A DNA stretch of 60,424 nucleotides, filler included, from Gonapodya sp. JEL0774 (taxonomy: Eukaryota): NCBI GenBank assembly GCA_027604505.1. It is 12 parts of 12 records of this genome, joined end to end, with 100 filler letters (N's around TTAATTAATTAA, not from the genome) between each part and the next. Parts side by side here need not be neighbours in the genome. Positions count along the whole stretch, not along the records: positions 45,435 to 50,367 come from JADIIX010000820.1; positions 50,468 to 55,396 come from JADIIX010000821.1; positions 55,497 to 60,424 come from JADIIX010000822.1; 9 more parts are not named here. The stretch is one strand, 5' to 3'. Under the pieces are notes generated by a model that was not told where the DNA came from, searched no databases, and saw only the letters and a list, made by a program, of their open reading frames with translations. Below, in pieces: positions 47,873-60,424 of this stretch; the first letter of the stretch is position 1; each line of letters starts with the position of its first letter. The position numbers were made by a program, and so were the translations under genes.

Positions 47873-48916
47873 TCACATAACGGTGAGGGCCAACCCGCCG
47901 AGGAATGCGATCCCTATCGTGAGGTAGGCTGAAAAGTACACGTTCCTCAGCTCGAGTAAACGTCCTGGAGAGGTCAAAGCGACATTGATTGAGGCGCAGG
48001 GTCATTAGCGGGTACAGGTACATATCGAATCAGAAAGATCAGTTCCGGAACAACTACGTACCAGAATCCCAGATCTGCGCATGTTCAGTAGATGTACGTA
48101 TCGTAAACCGAAAAACGTGTGATAAAGTGATTTCTCTTCGTCGTCAACTGGCAGAAATCCACCAGAACTCACCAAATGTCTGATTCCTGCACCGCTCTTG
48201 AACAATGCCGCCGTTCCTATCGTGAATTTGAGCATCTGGACGATTGGGTATGGAATAAAGGCTACCGTTGAGATCATGTAGCTGGATTCGAATGGAGCAA
48301 GAGCGTATATCGCGAGAGGTGCTGAGAAAACTAACGTGTTGCGGAGTTTGAACACGATGCGATATGCAGAAGTTAAGACTCTACATCCTTGTCACGATCA
48401 CAGGGAAAGCCTGGATTATAAAACTCACAAAAACCCAAGCCTAGCCCGGTGAATCTGTGGGCGATGCTGAGCGTCCATGTCATCCACGGCTTGAATATCT
48501 GGACGCTTGGACTCATCGGACGGTTGTGGAGTTTGTCGGTAATGTAAGGGTCAGCAATGCGGACAGTTTTGTCGGATGCTTGTAATAAAGCTGTGGAATG
48601 GACCAGTCGGCTCTGTATGGAGAATGCGCACGCGCTTTGAGCACTGGAAGAACGATGACGTCATCTGTGCTTTGGCGGTAGAGTTCTTCTTCTAAATACA
48701 GGTTTCCGGAGCAACTTACTGGCTGGAATTTTGAGTGACCTTTGATGTTTCACCTTCGACATACCCCTCCGAGCTCGGTGCGTGTCTCACCAGAGCTCTC
48801 TGCTGTCCTCTGATCAGCATCACGCCGTGCACAGAACCCGGGTAGCAAATTGAACCTGTGTATAGTGATCCAAGACCGCGCAAGTTGCATTTCATCGCAA
48901 GCATTTTCGTAGGCAT
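47873..48916 (-). CDS. SDH3: Succinate dehydrogenase cytochrome b large membrane anchor (SDHC), divergent
   Basis: Spliced NRPMSPSVQIFKPWMTWTLSIAHRFTGLGL...MLKFTIGTAALFKSGAGIRHL|IWDS|GRLLELRNVYFSAYLTIGIAFLGGLALTVM*. Basic presequence-like N-terminus (ATG 48916 or 48904; start uncertain). Confidence 0.88.
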
Positions 48917-49329
48917 GTTGATCGTGCAATGAGTTTTCTGTTTGACTGTTGGGCTTTGGTTGGATTCATTATGTAGTACGTCGAATGACGATGGTGCCAC
49001 CGATTCAGCGTCTACCTTCCTAGAAAGTGGTTCATATAAATGAAAAGATTGATTTTACACTTTGTGCCAGAAAATTCTCTCTTTACAATTCCTCGGACCG
49101 ATAGACTGATACATACTGGGGTTGACAAATCTTGAGCGTCAACCAAGAAAATCCAGGAAGCTCCGGCGATAAGGTCAATAGTATCAAAAGATTGGCCTGT
49201 ATTTCGTAAAAATTATCGGTCTTCATGATCACAAGTCTGCCCCCCTATGGTGTCTGAACACAGCCAGCGACCATACTGTGTCACAGACTGTATCGTACTC
49301 ACGGATCCGGACGCATCACACTGTTCTCA

Positions 49330-50367
49330 TTGACTCTAAGAAGTGGATTGCCAGCACTGTCTTCCCTGGTTCTTGTTCACGGCCTCTTCGCGTTACCTAC
49401 CAGTCATCCAATCCCCGGCGAAGGCGCCTCAGAACTGAGCTTCATTCCCATGCCTCCAGGACCTTCACCGACAGGCTCGGAGCCATTCTTTGTAGCAGAC
49501 CCGTCTGTAGAAGGACTCGGCTTTCAGGTACGCGATAGTTGGAGCGTCTTCGAGAGGGTCTGGAGTTTCGTCACCACATCGCAATGAAATCTTTCAACAG
49601 TTCGCAATCGCGGCCGTTTTCTGGATTGCCATGATTTTACTTTTTGTATTTGGGAGGACGTACCTCACGCGTGTCTATGCTCCGCGCTGCGAGCTTCTTC
49701 GGTGAGCGTTTTGTCGTCACATTTACCGTCCAGGTTCTTCTTTCGGCTCACTTATCAATTGCGCATCGCGTCTGGGTCTGTATCAGCAAAGACACGCCAA
49801 AGTTTGAACGGAACCTTTTCAAACTACTTCAGCGACTGGTGTTCACATCAGACGAATACATTGTCCGAAAACTAGGCCTAGACGCTCTCATGTACCTCAG
49901 ATTTTTGGAGATGGGGTTCTACATGTCCATCATCCTTGCCGTGCTATGCGTTCCAGGTGGGTCGCTGCGATATGGACTGGTGTAGTGATTCCCTCGAAGG
50001 TCATACAAAACCACAATCTTTCAACTACAGTTATAACTCCCATCAACTACTTTGCCACAATTCCGGATGAAGAAGAACCCGAAAGCCCGTGGCTGCGTTT
50101 TGCCCTAACAGGCTTATCGCGATTTTCTATTGCCAACATTCCCCCAGAATCGCCCCTGCTCATTGTCCACCTCACCTTCTCCTGGATCGTGTCGATTCTC
50201 TTCTGTTGGTGGCTGTGGATCATATACCGCCAATATGTCCGCATACAGAATGAAATCGTGAGGGAAGCGTCGAGTTTCAACAAGGTTACTCCAAAGGCGG
50301 ATTTGAAACCCCTCAGAACAGTCATGGTTCGCGACGTGCCAAGAGAAATGGCTAGCGATAGGGGTTT
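49330..50367 (+). CDS. OSCA/TMEM63 (CSC1/RSN1-type) channel, 5' part; start codon uncertain
   Basis: LTRVYAPR; SDEYIVRKLGLDALMYLRFL; ITPINY; LSRFSIANI...LIVHL; RTVMVRDVP. Confidence 0.92.
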
Positions 50368-50467
50368 NNNNNNNNNNNNNNNNNNNNNNNNNNNNNNNNN
50401 NNNNNNNNNNNTTAATTAATTAANNNNNNNNNNNNNNNNNNNNNNNNNNNNNNNNNNNNNNNNNNNN

Positions 50468-52915
50468 AGCAAAGGTGTCGTCATCGACAGCATGGACCCC
50501 GACCTCGCAGTCATCTCAGGTGCTCGCCCGACACCGCGAGTAGCCGCAAGATCAGGAACCGATATGGAGATAGCGGAAGCAAGAGGTAGATCGGCAGCTT
50601 GAATATGATCTGCGGATGGGTGAGGCGTCGCTTCATCAAGACGATCGGTGACAACTTGATCATTGTCGGGTTCGTCAGGGTCATCCTCGTCCCGTACAGT
50701 TGCTCGGATGCGACCAGACACAATTTTAAAAACAAAATCAGCCGGCTGCGATTGAGTAGTAAGCGTCGAGCCTGCGGGGTACCGTCTTCATTTGGCGGTG
50801 ACATCATACCGAGAGCACCCTGTGATGATCAGAGAATGTAGCGATACAACGCTCTGGCCAACACAACATACCTCCATTCAGTTGCCAAGTCTACTGCTGC
50901 GAGCGCTCCACCCACGGTAGACTCGAGAAACCTTCTCATCCTTCCTCTCAGAATTCCTCCGACCTTATCCGTCACACCCAAGTACGCGGAATTCGGGAAA
51001 AAACAAAACCACACGCCTTCAGCTCCGGCACGCCACACCACGGGACTTGCGTACAGCATGCATGCAGAAAAAGCGCCGACCACCGCGCCGGGCCCAGCGT
51101 GCCAAAAGACGTGCTCTCCCTCGGGGTCCCGAGTAACTGAGGATTTGCAAGCCTCGACCGTCCCCTTCAGAACTACGCACACACCCTCGATGGCTTTTCC
51201 TTCATCGACGAGCAAGGCACCTGGCGAGAGGTGATGGACAGCCATTTGCGAGAGAGCATCGTGAGGTAATGCTGTCGCAGGGATTTCGAGAGAAGAACAC
51301 AGGAGACTGAGGGAGATTTCACGGAGGGCGAGGTCGGCGGGTGTCGGGAGGGGTGCTGTAGAGGAGGTGAGGTGGGCGAGGAGGGAGAGTTTAGGTACCG
51401 GTGCAGGGGTGGGACGGTATGGACGAGAGTGGGGCTCCTCCACACCGACGCCATTGTGGAGAGGTACAGTGTCATCGAGTTCTTCTTGCACAGCTCGTGT
51501 GGACGTTGAATCGCCGTCCTGAGTCGTGGCCTGATCGCCATTCGCAGTCGAGTTGGAGCTGGAGCTCGTGGCCAACGGGTCGTCTTCCACTGGTCTTTCC
51601 AATGCTTGCCGCCACTTTTTCAGGTCCTCCTCCTGTGGAGCAATCACGTCAACCGCCTGAACAATTCTCAGCAAGTCTGGCGAGTGGCCTAAGTACCGTC
51701 TGACAAAAGGTAGAGTCACCTTGGTGACCCGCGAAGAAAGAAGAGCCAACACCTGGTCGGCAGCCTCAGGGTGAGTCTTCACGAGCGATGCAAACGTGCC
51801 AGCAGGCACCACAGCTAAAAAAGCGTCCGTTGCTGCTCGAGCGACGAGGTGAGGGGGTCGAGTAAACCGGCGCTTGATGGCATAGTTAGGAACGAGTTGG
51901 CCTGTTGGGTACGCCACGAGTTCGTGGATGATAGTGAAGAGGGATGTGACAACTCGGCCGGGTGTGAGTTCGTGAAGGAGGTGTTCTGTCGGTGGTAATG
52001 GTGGAGGTGAGGGAATTTCAGCTGGAGACGTAATGTAGGGTGAAGTTGGCGGGGAAGGGTTGGGTTCTTGGGAGAATGAAACGCGTACGGTGCCGGAGAT
52101 GAGCACTGCAGTGTGAGGAAAGTCAAGGTCTGGACCGAATAAGAGTTCGCCTGCTTTGAGGTACTGGCGATGGACTGCCTTGAAGATGAGGGAGAAGGCT
52201 TCGGGCTGGTGCGTGGTTCCAAAGAAAGGAAACGACCAACAGACCAAGTCGTAAACGATCATGACCACGTAAAAGCAAGAAAAAGAAGTTCACACCGTAC
52301 CGATAGGAACCCAAGAATGTTCATTAGTGCCATCCTGACCATTTCCTCCATTTCCATCGCATGCACCGCAACATCGGAAAATTTGAGTTGAGCCGAATGA
52401 CGGTTCAGCAAGACGGGATGAGAGGAGGGTGAAGAGGGCAGGAGAGAAGAAGGGGAGCGGGGCCCTGGCGGAGCGGTTGGCGAAGGCGGTGGAGGTGACG
52501 TGGCGCGTGAAACGGAGGAGGGGGAGTTCCCGAGCACGACACCGACCCCAACCCCCGTTATCGGTGTTCCAGAGAATGTCGCCTTATTTGGAGAAGGCGC
52601 AAGTCTTGGAGGCCGATCATTTTGGTTACCACTTTGCTGGGAACGTGTGAGGCGTTGTGACCCATGGAGGGCCTGTGTGGGCAGGCTGACCCTGGCAGAT
52701 TCAAAATGCACGTTCGTCTGAGCTTTGCTGCGTCCAGATGAAAGGAGTGCTTCCGTTTTATCCGAGTGAGGGGCTTCGTCGTCCCCACTCGAAGGCCAGG
52801 AAGTGTCGGGTGTCTGGTTGCATTCATGAGCAAATTCGGTGCCCGGGGGCGACGATGGCGGCGCTGTGTTCTCCTTTGCTTCGTCGTTCTGGCTCTCTGT
52901 ATCTCCGTTCATCAT
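50468..52915 (-). CDS. NTE1: NTE1-like lysophospholipase, cNMP-binding region (patatin domain beyond contig end)
   Basis: Tandem cNMP-like domains (LKAGELLF...VLISGTVRV; LSPGALLVDEG...VCVVLKGTV), VTSLFTII, RVTKVTL...YLG, VDLATEW, IVSGRIR. Confidence 0.8.
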
Positions 52916-53433
52916 CGGCGTAGTGATGGGGCGCGGGTGCGCCCCACGTGTCTGATTCGGTTGTGGTGCAACACGATACAGAACAGGTAAGCGTCGATGC
53001 CGCGTCGACTCTGCCCTCCGTTTATGTAGAGTTCAAAGTCAGATAGGTACTCTCCTTGCCCGCAAGAATTGTTTGTGTGAGTAAGATAGTATTTCCCTCT
53101 GAGCTTCCAGCTTCACGCCAAATTTTTTATCCAACAGTTCTGCCGGAAGTTCCCAGCGCCAACCACCAAAGGGCAGCGAAACAAACCATTCCACAAACTG
53201 AAGCTTTGGCGTAGCTCATTTCGACCTTCCCAGTCGTAAAGCTACTCTCTGTCTTTGTCAGCAGACAAGTTAGACCGCACTGCTGCCTCACGTTCCCAAC
53301 CAAGCGCACATTCGGTTGTCGCAGAGCAGCCACATGAGATTGCTTGAAGTTAGATTGTGAGCGTCCATACGGATGACCGCACTGCTCATGTTCTGTTGAA
53401 GAGGTCAAATGACCAAGTACTAACAGAGCGCGA

Positions 53434-54975
53434 ATGGATGTTCTTCAATATCCGAGATTCTTGTTCTTACCGTCTTTGACTGAAGTCCTTGTCCTGTCGG
53501 CATACCTCCGAGTGTCACGAGATATTTTGGAGTACACCAGCGCATCCCACCTTCAATTACCACACACCCAGTATGCCCCCAACAAGCAGGCCTATGAACT
53601 ACAAAACAGTTCTCTGTGCGCACTATCCTAAGGGAGATTGTTACAAGGGTGATCAGTGAGTGTGGTTTCATGGGCGTTGCGGCGAAATCGGTCAGCGATG
53701 ACGCGGATTCGTCTCCTCCTCAACACACGTTTGAAACGCTACGCTTATACCGCGGCACAACCTTTTTAGATGCACGTTCCCAGATGGCTCCAGCGATTTG
53801 CGGTCATATTCCTGAAACAAGCCCTTCAACTTCGGGAAGGCTTGTTACACATAGTTCGATCACAGCTCAGACTCAGAATCGGTGTCACGTGCAAGGAAGG
53901 ATTCTGATTCAGATTGTGATGGAGGTACGTGCGCGGGCTCTGAATCTTCAGCAGGTGTGCAGCGCGGGGCATTGTGTCAGTCACACCACTTGAAACCACC
54001 ACATTGAGGGGCGCATTTATAACTTGCCTGCAACAGAAAACTCTAGCATCGCAACTAGCGGCAATGAGACCAGTGGCGATGGTAGCTCGCGTACCCAAGA
54101 ACCTGGTGCATGGAGGCGAGCCGGTCGGTCCAGTGGCGATGGTAGCTCGCGTACCCAAGAACCTGGTGCGTGGAGGAGAGCCGGTCATTGGTCTGATACG
54201 CCAGCACAGGGGCCTGGGTGGAGACGAAGCAGCAGTTGCAACGGTGGTAACACATCGATATTTTGCGTTTCCGATTGTATTCTTGATCAACTGGCTGCTG
54301 TGCTTTTTCACATAATCACTGAACTGCGTATTTATCATGGCATCTCCAGATCTTCCCAGCGTTCCCTTGCGGCCGTAAGTGAGATGTAAAGTTTTCAGAC
54401 TCTGCTTCACGGTTCGCCATCTAATTGTGTTGTTTTCTCCCTCTGCTTCGGCTTCAAGCGTCGCGGACAATCGGAACAGAGATTTCATTGGAACCGCCAA
54501 GGAGCTCTTGACCATTCTTCGCCTCACCCAACACCTCCCCCTCCTTGAGAATCTTACGGGTCAGCTTGGGCTCGATGCGCTTGATTGTGCAATGGCCATC
54601 GCCAAGGTTGCCAACGCGTTTGCGAGCCCCGGAAGACGCTTGGATGAAGCTGCCGTTGTAGATGCAGCTCTAGCACGCGACTTCACGATCGGAAAGGTGA
54701 GACTTGAGACTCCGAAAGCTGAGACAGATCTCGAGCAAGTCACGAGGCTCTTGGGTTTGGTGACTGCCAAGGAAGAAGAGAAGAGAAGAGAGGCCTCGCA
54801 GCCGTCACAAAGTGATACTCTATTGTATGTGGTGTGCTTTGATGACAAGAGGGAGACGGTTTTCACACCGTGCGGGCATATGGTGTGCTGCGTCGAGTGT
54901 TCCGGAATGGTGAAGATGGTGTGTCCTATGTGCAGGGGCATAGTGCAGCGAGTGCAAAAGATTATCATTTCCTGA
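53434..54975 (+). CDS. Protein with C-terminal C3HC4 (IAP/MGRN-type) RING finger lacking first Cys; gene or pseudogene
   Basis: LYVVCFDDKRETVFTPCGHMVCCVECSGMVKMVCPMCRGIV. Upstream open segments at 53434-53631, 53616-53993 and 54024-54389; exon structure uncertain. Confidence 0.7.
54070..54186. repeat. Near-perfect 60-bp tandem duplication
   Basis: ccagtggcgatggtagctcgcgtacccaagaacctggtgc(a/g)tggagg(c/a)gagccggtc twice, period 60. Confidence 0.97.
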
Positions 54976-55739
54976 ATCGTATCTGTTTGATGAAGTTGGA
55001 AGAATGCTGAAAGCTTTAGGCGCTACTTCTGCTGATCATGTGTAATGCAAACGTGCAACACTAATTGGAAGGGCTGACGATGGTACGCAAAGATTCGAAA
55101 TACAAAAGCATAAATATTTATACATGGTGTGCGGACGTGAAGTTGATGTACGCGGAAAACGACGTGCCTGTGCCGGACGAGCGCACGATGTCCCATTCGG
55201 TTCGTCTCTAGCCGTGAGCGGCACGCGCATATCCGAACAACGTTAGTCACGTGATGCAGCAACAGCTATTGCCATTGCTAAGACGGACGCAATATGTTCG
55301 ACGTGGTTTTGGAGTTGGTCATCATATATTGAGTACAAGGACCTCGCCTCATCTCCGAGAGGTATGTACTTGGCGGAGACATAAAAACTCAGCTTGNNNN
55401 NNNNNNNNNNNNNNNNNNNNNNNNNNNNNNNNNNNNNNNNTTAATTAATTAANNNNNNNNNNNNNNNNNNNNNNNNNNNNNNNNNNNNNNNNNNNNCGCA
55501 AGCATCCCCGGTGATTGACCGGTTAGACGCTGGGCGAGGAAATTAAGGAGATGGGACGCCAGTGGAAATGACCCCCGAGGGTTCGGTATGATTCTGAAGA
55601 AGACGAGTTTTTGTCAAACAGAGGCTGATTCCCAATATGAACACGAAGAGGTAACCAGACAACAAACAAAGGTTTACGTCATCAGAGCGTCAATGTGAAT
55701 ATCTACAGAAATTGCACTAAATATTATTCTTGGCAGACC

Positions 55740-57082
55740 TCAGACCTTCTCTGCAATAGGCAATCCGTACTCGTCAAGTTTGGCAGCCTGAAATTCGACA
55801 AACAAGGCATTACACACCCAGATGATAGCAAATGTAATGGTGGATTCAGTTGCACATTCTACTCACAGAGGTGGGTGCTGCAGGAAGAGATCCGGGCAGA
55901 GTCGCTGCAACCTCTGTGCCCTCCTGTAGGTACGATGGGACATCCTCCTCTTCAAACGTCAAGTCGTCCCCAAGAGCCTCCAGCTCGGCCTCCAAATCAG
56001 CCTCATCAACACCTTCAGGAGTTCCGTACGATCGCCCAAGCTCTTCTTGTATTTCGTTCGCCTGGTCCATTCTAAACGCGAAGAAAATCGGAGTCCATCA
56101 CTCAGGGATAGCAGCGCCTACTAGTCTGGCTGACGCGACAAGAATTACTCACAAATCCTCCATTTCATCCTGAAGGTCTGTAATCTTGTTGATATTCAGT
56201 TTTGCGTATTGCGCTTTCATTTCCTTGGATGCGCTCTTCATAGCGTCCAATGTCTTGAAAGGAACAGCGACCATGGTCAATAAGATCATCAAAGTCTGGG
56301 TTGCGATCTATGCTTGTCTCTGGTACTCGCAAGAAGCTTACCACGGCCGTGTTTTTGAGGTTCTCCGTCACCATCGCTAGAGTTGAAGGAGATACCATTT
56401 GGTCGGAGCAGGAGCATTGAAGCAGACTCGAAAACGCTCACCTGTTTGTTCCATGTTGAAAGATTGCTGCATAAGTTGATCTCGTTGTCCCTCGTACCTG
56501 CGAAAGCGGACCAACAGGCTCTGTCAACTTCGCGAAAACCACAGCATTGCATCATCTTTAATTCTCCATCTATTCAGCGCAGAGCTTGAGTTGCTCAGTT
56601 TATGACTCTATGCCATCGACCATGTTGATTGTACCGTGAGTGACCAGGTTGCGTTTCATGAATTGAAGTCCTCATCCAGCATCTCGGCAGAATCAAACCT
56701 ATTACCCACAATTTCCTCTGTTTCAGTACCCTCATCGCTTTTTGCTTTATCGCATTCTGTACGCCGGCCAGAGGTTGACGATCAGCCTCTTGGAAACAAA
56801 CTGAATATCAGATCATGCACCAGCTCACTTTGCCTGGCCCGTCCCGCAGTTTCGCCATTTGCTCCTTATATCTCAGCAACTCTGCATCAAGCTTTCGGAT
56901 TTTCACGTCGACGCTCTCCGTTCGTTGGTCCACCTGCGAGTCCAGAGAGATCGAGGTCATGGGCGAGACTTTAGGTTTCGTTTTAGGTACTCGGGTACAG
57001 TCAAAAGAGTACGAACACTGCTGATAGCATCTGTCAAGGTGACCTTGGGTTGGGGTTTGGATGTGCCGAAAAAGCGTTTCAT
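55740..57082 (-). CDS. VPS60: ESCRT-III Vps60/CHMP5
   Basis: [10 protein letters not shown]...[87 protein letters not shown]. Confidence 0.95.
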
Positions 57083-57298
57083 CGGTTGAATGGAACTGGG
57101 GAATGGGCTGCGCGAAGGTGCAGGATGAAGTGGGGCATTACATGCGCCCCTCCACCATTCCCCAGCCAAGTTCACAGGAACTTGTTCTTCTCTATTACAT
57201 GTGATCTATTTACATAAGTGTGGTGAAACGTTCATTATATTTTCGTGAAAATGAACTCCACAGTTTGAACAGTACAAGGACATGTTTCTGCAACACCG

Positions 57299-58432
57299 TT
57301 AAACAGGTAAGGGAGGAAGACGAAGTTCAGCGGTGAGTTTCTCAAAATCTGCAGTAACAGCGCGAGCAGGATCAGGGACCATTTTTAACATTGGACTGTC
57401 TCGCCGACCTGCACGATATTCAACTCACAATGCACCATCTCAACTTCCTTCCGAGCAAAGCCTAGCTTCTCGTAGAACCCCACATTAGATTCTTTGCAGC
57501 TAGAGTGTGAATCGCATTGGTACGTTATTCCCAGTCTCCCACTGGGACGTCAGCCTGTACAGCCAAACACGAAGGTACTCACTCAAGAATCACTTTGTAG
57601 CACTCCATAGCTTTCGCAATGTGTTTGAGCTCTTCAATTATACTTGGAAGAGACAAGAGCATGAAGTGAACGAAAATGCACCAACAATCACCATACGTGA
57701 ACGTACTGTCGCCCCAGGTTCTTCCCTCGTTGTCGGGAGTCAACTACGATATCTGACGACAGAAAATATCAATCACGTCATCCATCGGTTCAACGGCCAG
57801 GATAGAAGCAACAAACCCTCTATGTGAGCTGCCTGAATCAATAGAATGAAGAACCGGGTTTCGGGTGGAATTAGAAGGGGGAGGAGTCGCACCGGAAGAT
57901 GAGCACTCACTCGGCCACATCCGTGCACAAACTTCCTTTCAATGACAACTGTGCCAGCCCTGATGGGACTAGCCAGGTTCATTCGTTCTGCTCGGTCGCG
58001 ATGACTGAAGTCGGAACTCACGCAACGATTTGATTGGAGTTGATATCCTCGATCACAACCGGAAATTGAATTCCAGGATGTGCACGGATAAACTCCAGCT
58101 GTGTCAGAAAGAGTTCCTGGGAATATTCAAATGAGTATCGAGCTGGAGTCTCGTGGTCCGCCTAGTTGTGGAGAGAACTGCCTACCTTGGGAACCACTGG
58201 AGCTGTTGTTAACTGGGATAGAATCTCAAAGTAACCTTTATCATAATCGCTTGCAGTCAACGGTCGTGTCCTCAGATCCATCCCTATGTCGTTCTACGTG
58301 ATGAGCACGTGACTCAGAACGATGAGAAATGTTCGAATATCCGCAAATGCGAGTCCAGACGCTTCCCCCACATACCCCACTCAAAAGGGTCGATGAAAAG
58401 GCGGCATCATCAGAGCTTGAGCTGGTGCTCAT
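57299..58432 (-). CDS. GNA1: Glucosamine-6-phosphate N-acetyltransferase
   Basis: Spliced RPLTASDYDKGYFEILSQLT; VVIED; GTVVIERKFVHGCG; HIEDIVVDSRQRGKNLG; CYKVILDCKESNVGFYEKLGFARKEVEM. Confidence 0.95.
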
Positions 58433-59608
58433 TGCCGTGGTTGAATTATGCATCTGGTTCGAAGGTAGTGCTGCGGTCGGAGGCGCTGTTGATCATCGTT
58501 TTACGCCTGGCTGCTGCTTTCCGCAGCATTTGAATAACGCCAACTAACACCCCCAGACACTTTCTACGGCAAATGAATGGACAAAAGCCACTGGTCATCT
58601 TTCTTGTCGGACCCAGGAAAGCAGGTTTGGTTAACCGAACAATATCCTGTCTTGTGAATAATCTTTACCTCAACGCTTGATACCTCAGGGAAATCTGTCA
58701 TCGCGAACCTTCTCTGTGAGTGTGGCACTCCATTTCTCCTTATGTTCGCCTCGATCTTGATTGCCTCATGGGTCATGTATACACTGTCTGGCCGACCGTA
58801 CTTACGGATCATAAACAGACGGATTTGAGACGTCCGAATACCGGCCGACTCAAGGAGTCCGGTATGTCCTGTCATTTTATTCCAAGATGGCAGCATCGGA
58901 ATCCAAGCCTCATCCGACAGGATTCTAGAACTCGAAAGGTCGCTCACTTCTGCAGGAACCAGGAGAATGGGGGTTCATTTGTGGGATTACGCTGGAGACA
59001 GTCATGCGATAGACGTATTCAAGTCTCCGATATGCTCAATTCCGGATGGCGTAATCTTCGTTGTTTCTGGAGAGGGTGCCAAGATGGATTCGAAGGAGCT
59101 TGAAAACACGTGGTACGTCCCCTGATTATCCACCGATGATTACAGGCAAAACGCGGGCGGCTTACATTAAATCTGCCATATTTGTTTCACATTTTCAGGT
59201 ACTCTCTGTTTCCTTCCCTAAAAGAGGAGCGGGCACTCGTCCTTGTTCACCGGATCACGAGTGCTTCAGTTCCCAAAACGAAGCTCGGTATGAGTCCGAT
59301 ACTCGAGCTTTGACCGTACGAGAACACTAATGCGCGAGCATTTCCCCACCTCACCGACAGGGGTCATGTCGAAACTAAAAACGGTGCAGACCTCGTCCAA
59401 CAACGTCCAACAACTTGCGGTAGAATTTGACGCCTTTCTAGCCAGAATAGCTACTTCTTCATCAAATTCACAGCTTCAAGCGTAACTAACTTCGCCTTGT
59501 ATTGTCTTTCGAGCTTGTGTTATACCCTCTGCCAGTACATACTTCTATGCATGCTGGGTCCCCTGCATGTGTTTCACGAACAGGGAGCCCAAAACCGCCG
59601 GCCACAAC

Positions 59609-60424
59609 ATGCACCATCTAGGGGTACTCTACCCATCACATCTGCTTGTTTTTGCAACAGCCATCTTGCTCCTTGCCTCTTCTTCGCATGGCTTCTACCT
59701 TACTCCAGGATTTATGGCCCCAACGGCGTACAAGGATGGAGAGATGTTGACCTTGTGGCTGAATAAATTGAGGTGCGATGTCGTCTCTCAGACATCGTCC
59801 CCTTATGAAAATCTTATTCATCGATTGAATCCTCATTATGGGTTGCGCGATCGGTGATTTTTTGGATTGAACATCCAATCACAGCTCTGAACATAGTCTG
59901 CTGAGCTTTGCCTACGGGGAACTTCCCTTTGTGTGTCAGCCGAGATCACCTCAGGCAAAGTTGTTGAACTTGGTGAGCGGCTTCGCTCGCGATTCAGAAT
60001 CAAGAGTCTGCAATGTTCATCCCACTCCATCCACCTCTCGTCCTGCATGGTGTTTTCCGACGCATTCCCTTTGGACGAAAACAGGGAGAAGTTATCCGGG
60101 GCGACCGCGTTATCACTTCAGATTATGAAATCTCAATGAACGTCAAGTCTCCCTGCACGGTACTTTGCACACGTACTTTCACCGCAGATCAATCTCAGTG
60201 GGCGGCAAAGTTGGTCAAAGAAGAATATGACGTGGAAATGTGAGATGAGATGAGACGGTGGTGTGATATCATCCAGGGTTTATATTTTCGGATGTCGTAA
60301 AAACTCCCATCAGGATTGTGGACCACCTGCCGTCCGCTACGGTGCTCGTCGACCCCCGAGATGGCCGCAGGATGTATGAAGATGGCTTCCGGCTCGGACA
60401 AACGCAGGGAGATAATGCCTTTAT
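59609..60424 (+). CDS. Transmembrane 9 superfamily (EMP70/TM9SF) protein, 5' part
   Basis: Signal peptide, FYLTPGFMAPTAYKDGE...NKL; AYGELPFVC; NLGEVIRGDRVITSDYEISM...CTVLC; IVDHLP; GFRLG. Confidence 0.93.

Noticed and set aside
54070..54186. Direct repeat as a CRISPR-like array
   Set aside because: Two abutting copies with no spacer, in eukaryotic coding context, and no cas genes.

Overview
This window is not one locus. It is 12 unrelated ~4.93-4.97 kb contigs, ordered by non-increasing length and joined by 100-nt artificial linkers (44 N + TTAATTAATTAA + 44 N). The DNA is eukaryotic and intron-rich (short GT-AG introns) and looks fungal. An early-diverging, chytrid- or zygomycete-like lineage is an inference from a CBM21-GH15 glucoamylase, WCPPC nucleoredoxins and intron density. 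Genes reconstructed by manual splicing: membrane-anchored GH18 chitinase, TIMELESS/Tof1, two divergent dienelactone-hydrolase paralogs, CTF4/Mcl1, Pro-rich S1 protease, SDR, FMO with a divergent BVMO-like monooxygenase and an MFS transporter, PHO89-like PiT, glucoamylase, a MYND pseudogene, two nucleoredoxins flanking an ERG25-like desaturase, ABCB1/MDR, SDH3, OSCA/TMEM63, NTE1, a RING protein, VPS60, GNA1 and TM9SF/EMP70. Many are truncated by contig ends. I found no CRISPR array, RNA gene or intact mobile element, and cannot support a claim of a wholly new multi-gene system. The best leads are an SDH3 with Lys at the heme-ligand His position, a chitinase catalytic Glu on a 7-nt microexon, a TONSL-like ubiquitin-fold domain next to Tof1, an FMO/BVMO/MFS trio, and a nucleoredoxin pair with unusual termini.
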